Origin: Candidatus Levyibacteriota bacterium
GTDB lineage: Bacteria; Patescibacteriota; Microgenomatia; Levybacterales; UBA12049
DNA: 64,000 nt
NCBI GenBank assembly: GCA_016182185.1
Contig: JACOXU010000001.1
Location: 530,915-594,914, forward strand
Direction: 5' to 3'
The notes under the pieces: model-generated
What the model was told of the DNA's origin: nothing
Database searches by the model: none
Seen by the model: the letters and a program-made list of their open reading frames with translations, nothing else
Translations under genes and position numbers: made by a program
Shown: positions 26,170 through 35,808 of the stretch, piece by piece
How positions within the stretch are numbered: position 1 is the stretch's first letter
Layout: each line of letters starts with the position of its first letter

Positions 26170-27363
26170 GTGAATATTTTAGGGAAAATAAATTTACAAA
26201 AAATAATCTCACTCCTCAGGTCCGCCGCTTTTAAGCCGTTGGTTATAATACTCGCACTTCTAGTAATTTTTATCTATCAATATTTCGCAAGTGTTTCAAA
26301 TCTCAATAACAAGATCGGAGATTTGAGGAACAGGAATTCTTCTCTTGAAACAAAAATCAAAAATATCAATAATGAACTTACCGAACTTAAAAATCAGGAC
26401 CAGTATAAAATTAACGAAGATCTTAAAAACAATATTAAAAATATCGAAAACTCCTATAAATCCGCTCTTGAGTCTTACAAGAAGATTCTTGATCTTCGTG
26501 TTCAAAAAGCAAAGACTGCGGATTTGGAAAACCAATTCGCCAAAGTTTTAAATTATTTATCAACTCTTAACTATTCATCGGCGAGCGCGGATCTTAAACT
26601 CTTATCGGAAAATATTAAAAAGGTAGAAGACAGTCTGGTTGTAGTACAGACTACCAGTTTCACTGATGCACCGGTAAGCAATTCTCCCCCGGGTAGCGGA
26701 TTTTCCCAACAAAAAGTCTCAACAGAAAAAGGGGAATTTTTGGTTTCAATTGTTGCCGCTGATCTTAATTCAACGCATGTAATCGTAGATACAGCATCAG
26801 ACGGTGACTGCCGTGATAACTGCCCTGTTCTTCCACTTGCAACCTACATAGCAAGAAGCGGGGGTTTTGCCGGAATAAACGGATCATATTTCTGTCCAGC
26901 TGATTATCCGAGTTGCGCGGGTAAAGTAAATTCATTCGATACTTTACTTATGAACAAAAATAAAGTCTATTTCAATTCCGACAATAATGTCTATAGCAGC
27001 GTACCCTTGGTATACTTCACCGGAAACTCTATGGGTGTACGGGGCCGTTCTTCCGACTGGGGAAGAGACACAGGAGTCGACAGTGTAATTGCCATGCAGA
27101 CACTTCTTGTCTCAGGTGGTAATCCGACCGGAGCAGTAGGCGGCAAAGGAGCAAAAACTTTTATCGGAGCACGAGGAAGTACTGTTTATATAGGCATTGT
27201 TTATAACGCAACTTTTCAAGAGGCAGGTTTTGCCCTTAAGGCTCTGGGAATCGAAAATGCTTTAAATCTTGATCAGGGCGGATCAACCGCCCTTTGGTAC
27301 GGAGGCTACAAGGCGGGTCCGGGAAGAAATTTACCAAATGCGGTTATTTTGGTGAGAAAGTAA
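26170..27363 (+). CDS. membrane-anchored phosphodiester glycosidase (NAGPA/DUF2233) family protein with coiled-coil stalk
   Basis: N-terminal TM, an about 100-aa coiled coil, then FAGINGSYF ... LNLDQGGSTALW, which resemble the GINGGFF and LDGGGSS motifs of the phosphodiester glycosidase family. Confidence 0.6.
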   Translation: MNILGKINLQKIISLLRSAAFKPLVIILALLVIFIYQYFASVSNLNNKIGDLRNRNSSLETKIKNINNELTELKNQDQYKINEDLKNNIKNIENSYKSALESYKKILDLRVQKAKTADLENQFAKVLNYLSTLNYSSASADLKLLSENIKKVEDSLVVVQTTSFTDAPVSNSPPGSGFSQQKVSTEKGEFLVSIVAADLNSTHVIVDTASDGDCRDNCPVLPLATYIARSGGFAGINGSYFCPADYPSCAGKVNSFDTLLMNKNKVYFNSDNNVYSSVPLVYFTGNSMGVRGRSSDWGRDTGVDSVIAMQTLLVSGGNPTGAVGGKGAKTFIGARGSTVYIGIVYNATFQEAGFALKALGIENALNLDQGGSTALWYGGYKAGPGRNLPNAVILVRK

Positions 27364-28461
27364 TTAGCTGGCCAAGGCTCTATCATAATCTATGCCTCTC
27401 TGGGTTACGGCAGAAACCGCATCATCAAACCGGCTGATTTGCTGTTCTATGTCTTCTTCTGAATTTTTTTCAGAAAGAACCAGTCCGACGAGTTTTTGAA
27501 ATATTTCGACAAGCTTTCTTATCGCGTTTTCCTCCCTGACTTTTTCATAATTTCTTTCTGCGGGGTTTTTTTTGCTTTTTGCAAGATGCACATCTGCTCT
27601 TGCTACATTATGCATAGTCCCTTTCATTGAATCGACCAAGGAATCTAATTTTATTGAAAGTCTTCTTTTTTGTGGTTTTAAATATTCCGTCAAGCCTGAC
27701 AAATAAAAATAAATCATACCAACTCCATTAAGTCTGGCTTTAAAATCAGCTTCTCTTCGTAGCTCTTCTGCTCTTTCCATTATGCTTGACAAGCCTTTTG
27801 GGAAAGGCTCATTGAGCTTCTTAAGAGCCGCTTCTCTTACCTTGTCAATTTTGGGAAGAAGGTCTGGATGCAGCTTGATTATTTGCTCAAAGCTTAAACC
27901 ATCCCTAAGAAAGCTTTTTACCTCTTCAAAATAAAACTTAGGCATAGTCTCAAGATAAACCTCTTCTGCCATTTCTAAACTTCCTATGTCCTTGGCTCTT
28001 ATGACCATGCCGATAATTTCCGGTTTTTCTTCTTTGGGAAAAATATGGGAAGCAACAGAATCTGCTGTATCCGAATGGACAGTATGTGAAATTTCCCTCA
28101 ATATGCCTTTTATTGCTGCTGTATCTCTCTGCCCGTTTGACTCAACTTCAAGTTCTCTTTCGGTTCTTACCTGAAGTTTTTCCATTTTTTCTGTGTCTTG
28201 TGAAATGATCCCTCTTTCAAACAACAATCCTCTGGTTTCAACAAGTGCTGCGATCATTTCCTGTTCAAATGGTGATCTGTATTCTATTGCGTCTTTTACA
28301 ATCTGTTCGTTTCGTCTTCTGAGATCTCTTCTTTCTTGCATTTTTTGGGAAATAATATCAAGATGAAAAAGGGATGTGGCAAGTCTTGCCGCAGGAGAAG
28401 CTTCGGCAACAGGAAGATTGGTATTTATGTCATCCCGATCGTGTAAGACCTCGGCAGCCAT
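27364..28461 (-). CDS. hypothetical protein encoded as third gene of the dnaG-rpoD operon
   Basis: 365 aa, helical/charged. Begins 36 nt after the rpoD stop. No motif recognised. Confidence 0.5.
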   Translation of the reverse strand: MAAEVLHDRDDINTNLPVAEASPAARLATSLFHLDIISQKMQERRDLRRRNEQIVKDAIEYRSPFEQEMIAALVETRGLLFERGIISQDTEKMEKLQVRTERELEVESNGQRDTAAIKGILREISHTVHSDTADSVASHIFPKEEKPEIIGMVIRAKDIGSLEMAEEVYLETMPKFYFEEVKSFLRDGLSFEQIIKLHPDLLPKIDKVREAALKKLNEPFPKGLSSIMERAEELRREADFKARLNGVGMIYFYLSGLTEYLKPQKRRLSIKLDSLVDSMKGTMHNVARADVHLAKSKKNPAERNYEKVREENAIRKLVEIFQKLVGLVLSEKNSEEDIEQQISRFDDAVSAVTQRGIDYDRALAS

Positions 28462-28497
28462 AACAACTCAATTTTAGCAAAAGAAGTAAATAGAAAT

Positions 28498-29580
28498 CTA
28501 TCCCAAATAGTCTTTGAGTTTATTTCCTCGTGATGGATGTCTTAATTTTCGAAGTGCCTTTGCTTCAATTTGTCGTATTCGCTCACGCGTTACCGCAAAC
28601 ATTTTACCTACCTCCTCAAGAGTCTTAGGCTTTCCATCCTTAAGACCAAATCTTTCTTCAAGTACTCTTCTTTCCCGATCAGAAAGCGTACCCAAGACCT
28701 GTTCAACCTGTTCTTTGAGAAGTTCACGCGAGGCGCTGTCAAAAAGAGTCGGCGCCGATGTATCATGAATAAAATCACCCAGGCGAGAATCTTCCTCATC
28801 TCCAACCGGGGACTCAAGGCTGGCAGGTTCTTGGGAAATTTTAATTATTTCCATTGCCTTTTCAGGTTCAATGCCTAAAACTTTAGCAACCTCCTCAGGC
28901 GTTGGCTCTCTTCCTAATTCCTGCATGAGTTTTCGCGACGCCCGTAGAAATCTATTGATATTTTCAACCATGTGAACGGGGATTCTGATCGTTCTTGCCT
29001 GATCGGCAATGGCACGGGTGATGGATTGGCGAATCCACCAAGTGGCATAAGTTGAAAATTTATAGCCTCTCCGCCAATCGTACTTTTCAACAGCCCTTAT
29101 CAATCCCTGATTTCCTTCTTGGATCAAATCAAGAAGAGTCAAGCCTCGTCCGACATATTTTTTGGCAATTGATACAACCAGTCTTAGATTTGAATTTATC
29201 AGAATTTTCTTGGCTTCTTTATCACTCTTTTCAACTCTTTTGGCAAGAGAAATCTCTTGCTCAAAATTAAGAAGCGGTATTCTTCCGATCTCTTTAAGAT
29301 ACATTCTTACAGGATCTGAGATTGTTCCCTCGGTCAGAACGGTTAAAGCCGCCAGTTCTTTTTCCAAATCCTCTATTGGTTTTTCATTCTCCTGATCGGC
29401 GGCAACTGATTCAAAAACATCTATGTCATATTTAAGAAGTTTATCGTAAAGCTTATCCAAATCCTGGATGTGCTCCTCGGGTCTTGGAAAAATTGCCAAT
29501 ATTTCATCCTGGGTTATATAACCTCTTTTTCTTGCAGAATCAACAATATCTTTTAAAATATCGGGAGTTTTTTGCTTCAT
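28498..29580 (-). CDS. rpoD: RNA polymerase primary sigma factor (sigma-70 family)
   Basis: Region 2-4 signatures present: [45 protein letters not shown], and the C-terminal region-4 HTH ([29 protein letters not shown]). Confidence 0.9.
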   Translation of the reverse strand: MKQKTPDILKDIVDSARKRGYITQDEILAIFPRPEEHIQDLDKLYDKLLKYDIDVFESVAADQENEKPIEDLEKELAALTVLTEGTISDPVRMYLKEIGRIPLLNFEQEISLAKRVEKSDKEAKKILINSNLRLVVSIAKKYVGRGLTLLDLIQEGNQGLIRAVEKYDWRRGYKFSTYATWWIRQSITRAIADQARTIRIPVHMVENINRFLRASRKLMQELGREPTPEEVAKVLGIEPEKAMEIIKISQEPASLESPVGDEEDSRLGDFIHDTSAPTLFDSASRELLKEQVEQVLGTLSDRERRVLEERFGLKDGKPKTLEEVGKMFAVTRERIRQIEAKALRKLRHPSRGNKLKDYLG

Positions 29581-29604
29581 ATTTACCTTTATTTTACCAC
29601 AAAC

Positions 29605-31374
29605 TTAGGATTTTGACAGAAGACTTATTAAATCCGATAGTTCTCGCTGAAGTTTTTCAATTACTTCTCCGTCTTTCTCTTTACTTTTTGTTTTTAAATT
29701 TAAATTTGTATCCTTAATTTTGTTCTTAAGAAAAGTCAGGCGAAGTTCCCTTGCGACACTCTTAAGTTCCCGTTCAAATTTTTCAGGTTCCTCAAATTTT
29801 GGAATCGGAAATAAAAAGCATGTGTCAAAAATTGGAATTATTTCTTTTGGGATAAATTCTGAAAAAATTTTACCGTTGAATTCTTCATATTTTGCAAAAT
29901 AATTTGATAAATTATCATAAATTTTTCTATGCGATGGCAATTTAAAATTATAGTCCGATAGTATTTTATCGGAGCTTTCATAAGATTTTTTCACATCTTC
30001 ACTTTGAAGAATAAGGGAAAGTAAATATTCTTCCAAAATTTCTGTCCTGTCTCTTGCAGTTTTGGCTGATATAGCAGTCTTTTTGGATGTTTCCTTTTTC
30101 AGGATCTTTTCCATTTCAAGCATTAAATTTTCAAATGAGGTATCTAATGTGTTGCTCAAAATCTTAAGGTAATGTTCTTTGACAATTTGATTTTCAATTC
30201 CACCGATCAACGGCAGAATGCTGTCGCCTATTTTCTTTTTCCCCTCCGAGGTTGTATTGCCGAATTTCTTCAAGAAACTGTCGATCAGAAAATCATATAC
30301 TCCAACGTCATTTTTGACAGCTTTTTTGAAAAAAACCGGATCTTTTTTTATGGCATCATCTGGATCCTTGAATTCACCAAGTAATATAACCGTGGTGGTT
30401 AATCCTTTTTTCTCAAGAGAAGGAAGGCTTCTGACAATTGCCTCAAAGCCTGCTTCATCCTGATCAAGACAAAGAGTCACCTTTTGGGCAAATCTTGATA
30501 TAAGAGTGGCTTGATCCTCGGTTAGCGCAGTCCCTTTGAGGGCAATTACATTCTTTATTCCGATTGAGAAACAGGAAATCACATCAAATTCTCCTTCAAC
30601 AATAACTGCCTGCCCAGTTTTCTTAATCTCGTCTTTTGCCATATTGAGTCCGAAAAATACTGTTCCTTTATGATAGACAGGGGTGTCTTTTGTATTCACA
30701 TATTTTGAAATTTCACCCTTGTCATCAATAATTCTTCCAGAAAAACCCATGATATTATCCCTCTGATCAAAAAGAGGAAACATAATTCTGCTTCTGAAAA
30801 AATCTACCACCCTACCCTCTCTTGCGAAAGAAATACCGGCATCGATAATGTCTTGTTTTGAATATTTTTTCTTATTTACAAGATAATTGGATAAGGCTCT
30901 CCCTTCCCTTGAGGAAAAACCGATTTTGAAGGTTTCTATAAGTCTTTGGTCAATTTTTCTCGTTTTTAAAAGATAAGAGAGAGCCATCTTGCCAACCGGG
31001 TGTTTGGTTAAAATATAATGGTAAAATTCAGAGGCTACGCGGTTTAGATTGTATATCTTTTCCTTCTTGGAGGTTTCGGTTTTGGTAAAAACGCTTTCTG
31101 AAAGCTCGATCCCCGCCTTTTTTGCTAAAATTCTTAGGGCTTCTATAAATTCCAGATTTTCATAGTCCATCAGAAAGGTGAAACAATCCCCGCCTTTTTG
31201 ACAACCAAAACAATGCCAAATCTGCCGCTCCGGAGAAATTATAAATGAGGGAGTTTTCTCATTGTGAAACGGGCAATTAGTTTTAAAATTTCTTCCTGCC
31301 TTTTTAAGCGAAAGGTATTCGCTTATCAAAGCGACTATGTCAATTTTTTCTCTAACTTTTGCAACCTCATCCAT
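29605..31374 (-). CDS. dnaG: DNA primase
   Basis: CHC2 zinc finger CPFHNEKTPSFIISPERQIWHCFGCQKGGD and a TOPRIM domain (VIVEGEFDVIS ... LCLDQDEAG). Immediately upstream of rpoD. Confidence 0.9.
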   Translation of the reverse strand: MDEVAKVREKIDIVALISEYLSLKKAGRNFKTNCPFHNEKTPSFIISPERQIWHCFGCQKGGDCFTFLMDYENLEFIEALRILAKKAGIELSESVFTKTETSKKEKIYNLNRVASEFYHYILTKHPVGKMALSYLLKTRKIDQRLIETFKIGFSSREGRALSNYLVNKKKYSKQDIIDAGISFAREGRVVDFFRSRIMFPLFDQRDNIMGFSGRIIDDKGEISKYVNTKDTPVYHKGTVFFGLNMAKDEIKKTGQAVIVEGEFDVISCFSIGIKNVIALKGTALTEDQATLISRFAQKVTLCLDQDEAGFEAIVRSLPSLEKKGLTTTVILLGEFKDPDDAIKKDPVFFKKAVKNDVGVYDFLIDSFLKKFGNTTSEGKKKIGDSILPLIGGIENQIVKEHYLKILSNTLDTSFENLMLEMEKILKKETSKKTAISAKTARDRTEILEEYLLSLILQSEDVKKSYESSDKILSDYNFKLPSHRKIYDNLSNYFAKYEEFNGKIFSEFIPKEIIPIFDTCFLFPIPKFEEPEKFERELKSVARELRLTFLKNKIKDTNLNLKTKSKEKDGEVIEKLQRELSDLISLLSKS

Positions 31375-31440
31375 GTTTTTGATTATTTTACCACTTCCTT
31401 ATTGCTTTTCCTACCAACCTAATTTAAAATAACTTTTGGT

Positions 31441-32712
31441 ATGGCTGTAACCTTAGTGATTGGGTCTCAGTGGGGAGACGAAGGAAAAGGCAAAATAATT
31501 GATTATCTTTCTTTACAATCAGATTATGTAGTCAGATTCCACGGTGGAAATAACGCCGGCCATACAGTAATCAATAATTTGGGAAAATTCCCCATGCATC
31601 TTGTTCCCTCAGGAATCTTCAACAAAAAAAGCAAGGCAGTTATTGCCAACGGAGTTATCCTGGATCTTGAAGTATTAATCTTAGAAATTGCAAATCTTGA
31701 AAAAGCGGGCATAAAAATAAAAGACAGATTTTATATTTCTCCACGCTGCCATATCATTATGCCCTATCATAAGATTCTCGACCGTCTATACGAAGATGCC
31801 AAGGGGAAAAAGAAAACTGGCACAACCGGAAGAGGAATTGGACCTACATATGCCGATAAAGTGAGCTACAACGGGATAAGAATTTCAGACCTTATGAATA
31901 AAGATTCATTTTTGGAAAAGCTCGACACTCAGCTTCGAATCAAAAATAAAATTCTTGCGGCCCTTGGCGCAAAAAAAGTTTCAAAAAAGAAAGTGATAAA
32001 AAATTTTATGAAGTTTAGAGAAAAAATTAAGCCTTACGTTTCAAATGCCTATCCCCTACTTCATAAAGCGGTAAAGGACAAAAAGAATATTCTTCTTGAA
32101 GGAGCACACGGAGTATTTCTTGATAATGATTGGGGAACCTATCCATTTGTAACTGCTTCAACTGTACTATCAGGCGGAGTAACTCAGGGTGTTGGAATTC
32201 CTCCGGCAAGTATTAAAAATATAATCGGGGTGGTTAAAGCATATACGACACGTGTCGGTGAAGGACCTTTTCCGACTGAACTTTTCAATAGCGAAAGCGA
32301 AAAATTGAGAAAAAATGGAAATGAATTCGGAACAACGACCGGAAGAGCAAGAAGATGCGGCTGGTTAGATGCAGAGCTTATTAAATTCGCAAGTCAAATA
32401 AATGGCTATACCGGACTTGCCGTTACCAAACTTGACGTTTTGGATGGATTTACCAAAATAAAGATTTGTGTTTCTTATACCTTTAATGGAAAAAGAGTTA
32501 ATTATTTTGATGGTGACGCCGGTTTCTTAAGAAGAGTAAAACCAGTTTACAAAACGCTTCCGGGATGGAAAAAATCAACGAAAGGAATTAAAAAATATTC
32601 CGAACTGCCTATTGAAGCCAGGAATTATCTCAAGGAAATTGAAAATTTGGTCGGAATCAAGATTAAATATGTTTCAACCGGTGGGGAAAGAACCGAAATT
32701 ATAAAAATATGA
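31441..32712 (+). CDS. purA: adenylosuccinate synthetase
   Basis: GSQWGDEGKGKIID P-loop and GHTV motif. Full-length at 423 aa. Confidence 0.95.
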   Translation: MAVTLVIGSQWGDEGKGKIIDYLSLQSDYVVRFHGGNNAGHTVINNLGKFPMHLVPSGIFNKKSKAVIANGVILDLEVLILEIANLEKAGIKIKDRFYISPRCHIIMPYHKILDRLYEDAKGKKKTGTTGRGIGPTYADKVSYNGIRISDLMNKDSFLEKLDTQLRIKNKILAALGAKKVSKKKVIKNFMKFREKIKPYVSNAYPLLHKAVKDKKNILLEGAHGVFLDNDWGTYPFVTASTVLSGGVTQGVGIPPASIKNIIGVVKAYTTRVGEGPFPTELFNSESEKLRKNGNEFGTTTGRARRCGWLDAELIKFASQINGYTGLAVTKLDVLDGFTKIKICVSYTFNGKRVNYFDGDAGFLRRVKPVYKTLPGWKKSTKGIKKYSELPIEARNYLKEIENLVGIKIKYVSTGGERTEIIKI

Positions 32713-34124
32713 CAGAACAGAAAAGAAAACCCCTGCCTCTCACAGAACTTACAGCACTTACAACTCTTGATGGACGGAATCGGGCAGATGTAGTGGAACT
32801 TGCTTTTTATGTTTCAGAATTTGGAATTATTAGAACCCGAGTCGAAGTTGAAGCGAAATATTTAGTCGCTCTTTCAGAAGTTGGAGTAGTAAGACCTCTT
32901 ACAAAACCTGAGAAAACAAAGCTTATGTCTTTCGGAGATAGATTTTCTCTTTCTGATGCAAAGAAAATTAAGAAAATCGAAGAAGAAACCGATCATGATG
33001 TTAAAGCAATGGAAAAAGCCTTCAGAGAAATGCTTTCAGGCACATCAATGGAAGACTTAATAGAAAAGGTTCATTTCGGCTTAACATCTGAAGATATAAA
33101 TAACATAACCTACCGTCTTGTCTTAAAACGTGTAACTAAAGAGGTTTTTCTTCCGGTACTTGATGGGCTTGTTGATGATTTACTTAAACGAGCTAATGAT
33201 GAAAAAGAAACTCCCATGCTCGCCCGAACGCACGGACAACCGGCTGTTCCAACAACTCTGGGGCATGAAATTGCGGTCTTTGCCCGAAGACTCAACAAGC
33301 AAGTTCGTTCCCTTGAAGATTATCCTCTTGAAGCAAAGCTGACAGGTGCAATAGGCAACCTCAACGCATTAAAAGACAGCTATCCTGATATAGACTGGAT
33401 TACTTTTTCAGAAAATTTTCTTAGATCTCTCGGATTTGATCCCAATCTCATTACTACCCAAATTGCTCCATATGAAGACGTGATTGAATACTTTCAGCAT
33501 TACTCGCGCATAAACGGAATAGTTCTTGATCTTGATCAGGATGCATGGCGCTACATTAGTGATGATTGGTTTACTCAAGAGTTAAAAGAAAATGAGGTTG
33601 GTTCTTCAACTATGCCGCAAAAGATCAACCCGATAAAATTTGAGAATAGCGAAGGGAATCTGGGAAAATCAACCGCACTGTTTGAATTCGACGCTAGAAA
33701 ACTTCCTGTCTCCAGACTTTCACGAGACCTTTCAGATAGCACTGTTATAAGAGACATGGGTGCTCCTCTTGGCTGGTCGCTTCTGGCCTATAAAAATACG
33801 AGAAGAGGACTTTTACGAATTTCCCCGAATGTTAAACTTATGACGCAGATCTTGAATGAGGATTGGTCGATTCTGGCCGAGGCGGCTCAGACAAGAATGA
33901 GAAGATTTGGCGTTGATGATCCTTACTCTATTGTGAAAAAATTAACTCGAGGCAAACAAATCGGAAGAAAAGAATGGATCGGAATAGTTGATCAGCTTCC
34001 GCTTTCTGATGAAGAGAAAAAAGATTTAAAACGTTTAACACCTGAAAAATATATTGGCTTAGCAGTAGAACTGACCGAAAAAGCTGTAGAAGAAATCAAT
34101 TCCTCAAGAAAAACAATTCATTAA
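32709..34124 (+). CDS. purB: adenylosuccinate lyase
   Basis: Fumarase/aspartase-family fold with the conserved SSTMPQKINP signature. ATGA overlap with purA. Confidence 0.9.
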   Translation: MTEQKRKPLPLTELTALTTLDGRNRADVVELAFYVSEFGIIRTRVEVEAKYLVALSEVGVVRPLTKPEKTKLMSFGDRFSLSDAKKIKKIEEETDHDVKAMEKAFREMLSGTSMEDLIEKVHFGLTSEDINNITYRLVLKRVTKEVFLPVLDGLVDDLLKRANDEKETPMLARTHGQPAVPTTLGHEIAVFARRLNKQVRSLEDYPLEAKLTGAIGNLNALKDSYPDIDWITFSENFLRSLGFDPNLITTQIAPYEDVIEYFQHYSRINGIVLDLDQDAWRYISDDWFTQELKENEVGSSTMPQKINPIKFENSEGNLGKSTALFEFDARKLPVSRLSRDLSDSTVIRDMGAPLGWSLLAYKNTRRGLLRISPNVKLMTQILNEDWSILAEAAQTRMRRFGVDDPYSIVKKLTRGKQIGRKEWIGIVDQLPLSDEEKKDLKRLTPEKYIGLAVELTEKAVEEINSSRKTIH

Positions 34125-34154
34125 AAATTAAAAATTTCAAATTATAAATTTCCG

Positions 34155-34240
34155 CTATTCCCACTCCATTGTTGCTGGAGGTTTTGTCGTTATATCGTAC
34201 ACTACACGGGAGATTCTGGAAACTTCCTCTATGATTTTAA
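34155..34240 (-). pseudogene. orphan 3'-terminal fragment of a second guaA copy (28 codons, [31 protein letters not shown])
   Basis: Its translation ends ...[22 protein letters not shown]. The intact guaA at 35809 ends ...[22 protein letters not shown]. Nucleotide identity is about 83 percent over 60 nt, with differences concentrated at third codon positions. Confidence 0.55.
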
Positions 34241-34867
34241 AGAAGTTTTTTTATAATCTTCTATAGCATTTCTGTGTTTGTAGGCTATGTTTTCAGGAAG
34301 ACTGTCTGGAGAAAAATATTTCCAGCTCCTGTCTTCCTCGTTTAATTTAATTTCTCCTTTAGGTTTTCCATAAAAAATTATGTCAATGTGTATACCCCTC
34401 AGATCATCATCTATTCTGTAAGTACCAATGATCCCAGAGATCTCAACTTCGATTCCAGCTTCTTCTTTTGTTTCTCTTTTTATTGCCTGCTGAGCTGTCT
34501 CTTCATATTTAATAAAGCCTCCGGGAAGAACCCAGTAATCCTTGAAGGGCTCTTTACTTCTCTGAAGCATCAGTATTTTTCCGTCTTTCTCAAGTACAAT
34601 ACTGACTACTGGTTTAGGATTGTTCCAGAAGATGAGGCCGCAATTCTCGCATCTTTTTCTATTGTCTCCATCAACAAGCTCGGATATTAAATCTTCCTTG
34701 CAGTTTGGACAGAAGTTGTATTTATCTAGTGGCTTATTCGTATTTAGCACATTATAAATATTATAGCACTGGGAATATGATTTATTTAGAAGTGGGCTCT
34801 GGAAGATGTTCTTTATACCAAAGGATGGTTTTTCGCAAACCTTCAACAAGTGGAGTAGAAGGGACAT
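34229..34867 (-). CDS. NUDIX hydrolase with N-terminal zinc ribbon (NudC-like)
   Basis: CPNCKEDL...CENCG ribbon, then the Nudix box [24 protein letters not shown]. The track ORF overlaps the upstream epimerase by 86 nt. The true start is probably internal, e.g. the GTG at 34750. Confidence 0.7.
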   Translation of the reverse strand: MSLLLHLLKVCEKPSFGIKNIFQSPLLNKSYSQCYNIYNVLNTNKPLDKYNFCPNCKEDLISELVDGDNRKRCENCGLIFWNNPKPVVSIVLEKDGKILMLQRSKEPFKDYWVLPGGFIKYEETAQQAIKRETKEEAGIEVEISGIIGTYRIDDDLRGIHIDIIFYGKPKGEIKLNEEDRSWKYFSPDSLPENIAYKHRNAIEDYKKTSLKS

Positions 34868-35720
34868 ATCCTATCGCTTCTAATGTACGTGTATCCCCGA
34901 GGGTTACTGAATGCTCAGGCTCTCCTTGTCTCATTGGAAAATGCATAATTGGACTACGGGAATCAGTAAGTCCAACAATTGTTCTTGCAAGCTCATTGAC
35001 TGTAATTCCTTTTCCTGTACCCGCATCCATTACATGATGAACGTAACTTCTAAGCTGCATTGACCGGATCATTACTTCGGCCATGTCTTCTACATATACA
35101 AGATCAAGTATTTGAGTGCCATCTCCAAACACTTCAAGAGGCTCATTCTGAAGAGCTCTTACTATAAAATTGGGCACAGCTTTTCTAACCGGTGCATGTT
35201 TTTGTCTTGGACCATACACATTTAATCCACGAACAACTTTCACATCAACTCCATATTCGCTTTGATACATCAGAGAAAAATCTTCAGCGACTTTCTTCGT
35301 TATGGCATACGGATTCGGCCAGTCAATTCCACCAATTGTAATCATAGTGCCTCTTTTCCCTTGATCTTTTATTGCTTCGAGTACAGTTAGAGCCCCGAAT
35401 ATGTTTTCTCTAACTGCATAAACTGGATCATCAATAGTCTCTGAGGTTCCCAGTACTCCTGCGAGATGAAAAACGTATTTACTCTGAGAGACAGCTCTTT
35501 TAATTTCTTCTTCATCTGCAATATCTCCCTGAATGTGTTTTATAGAAGTTTCACCTGTAGGTATTTGCTTAGTAGAATTATCAAAAGTTATAACTTTGTA
35601 CCCATCTCGTGAAAGTCTGTCAACTAAATGACTTCCGATAAATCCTCTTCCACCAGTTACGAGGATCGCAGAGTCAATTCCTTCTTTTCTTTCACTTACC
35701 GCTTCTTTTTGAAGTGACAT
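34782..35720 (-). CDS. NAD-dependent epimerase/dehydratase (extended SDR, UDP-sugar 4-epimerase-like)
   Basis: ILVTGGRGFIGSHLVDRL is the glycine-rich NAD motif. Catalytic YxxxK region present (YAITKKVAE). Confidence 0.8.
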   Translation of the reverse strand: MSLQKEAVSERKEGIDSAILVTGGRGFIGSHLVDRLSRDGYKVITFDNSTKQIPTGETSIKHIQGDIADEEEIKRAVSQSKYVFHLAGVLGTSETIDDPVYAVRENIFGALTVLEAIKDQGKRGTMITIGGIDWPNPYAITKKVAEDFSLMYQSEYGVDVKVVRGLNVYGPRQKHAPVRKAVPNFIVRALQNEPLEVFGDGTQILDLVYVEDMAEVMIRSMQLRSYVHHVMDAGTGKGITVNELARTIVGLTDSRSPIMHFPMRQGEPEHSVTLGDTRTLEAIGYVPSTPLVEGLRKTILWYKEHLPEPTSK

Positions 35721-35808
35721 GCTGAAATTATAGCAGAATAAATCTAGAAGTCAATATTATAGGCTACTTTGCAACTATTAATCTTTGAGATTAGAAATTG
35801 GGAATTTG

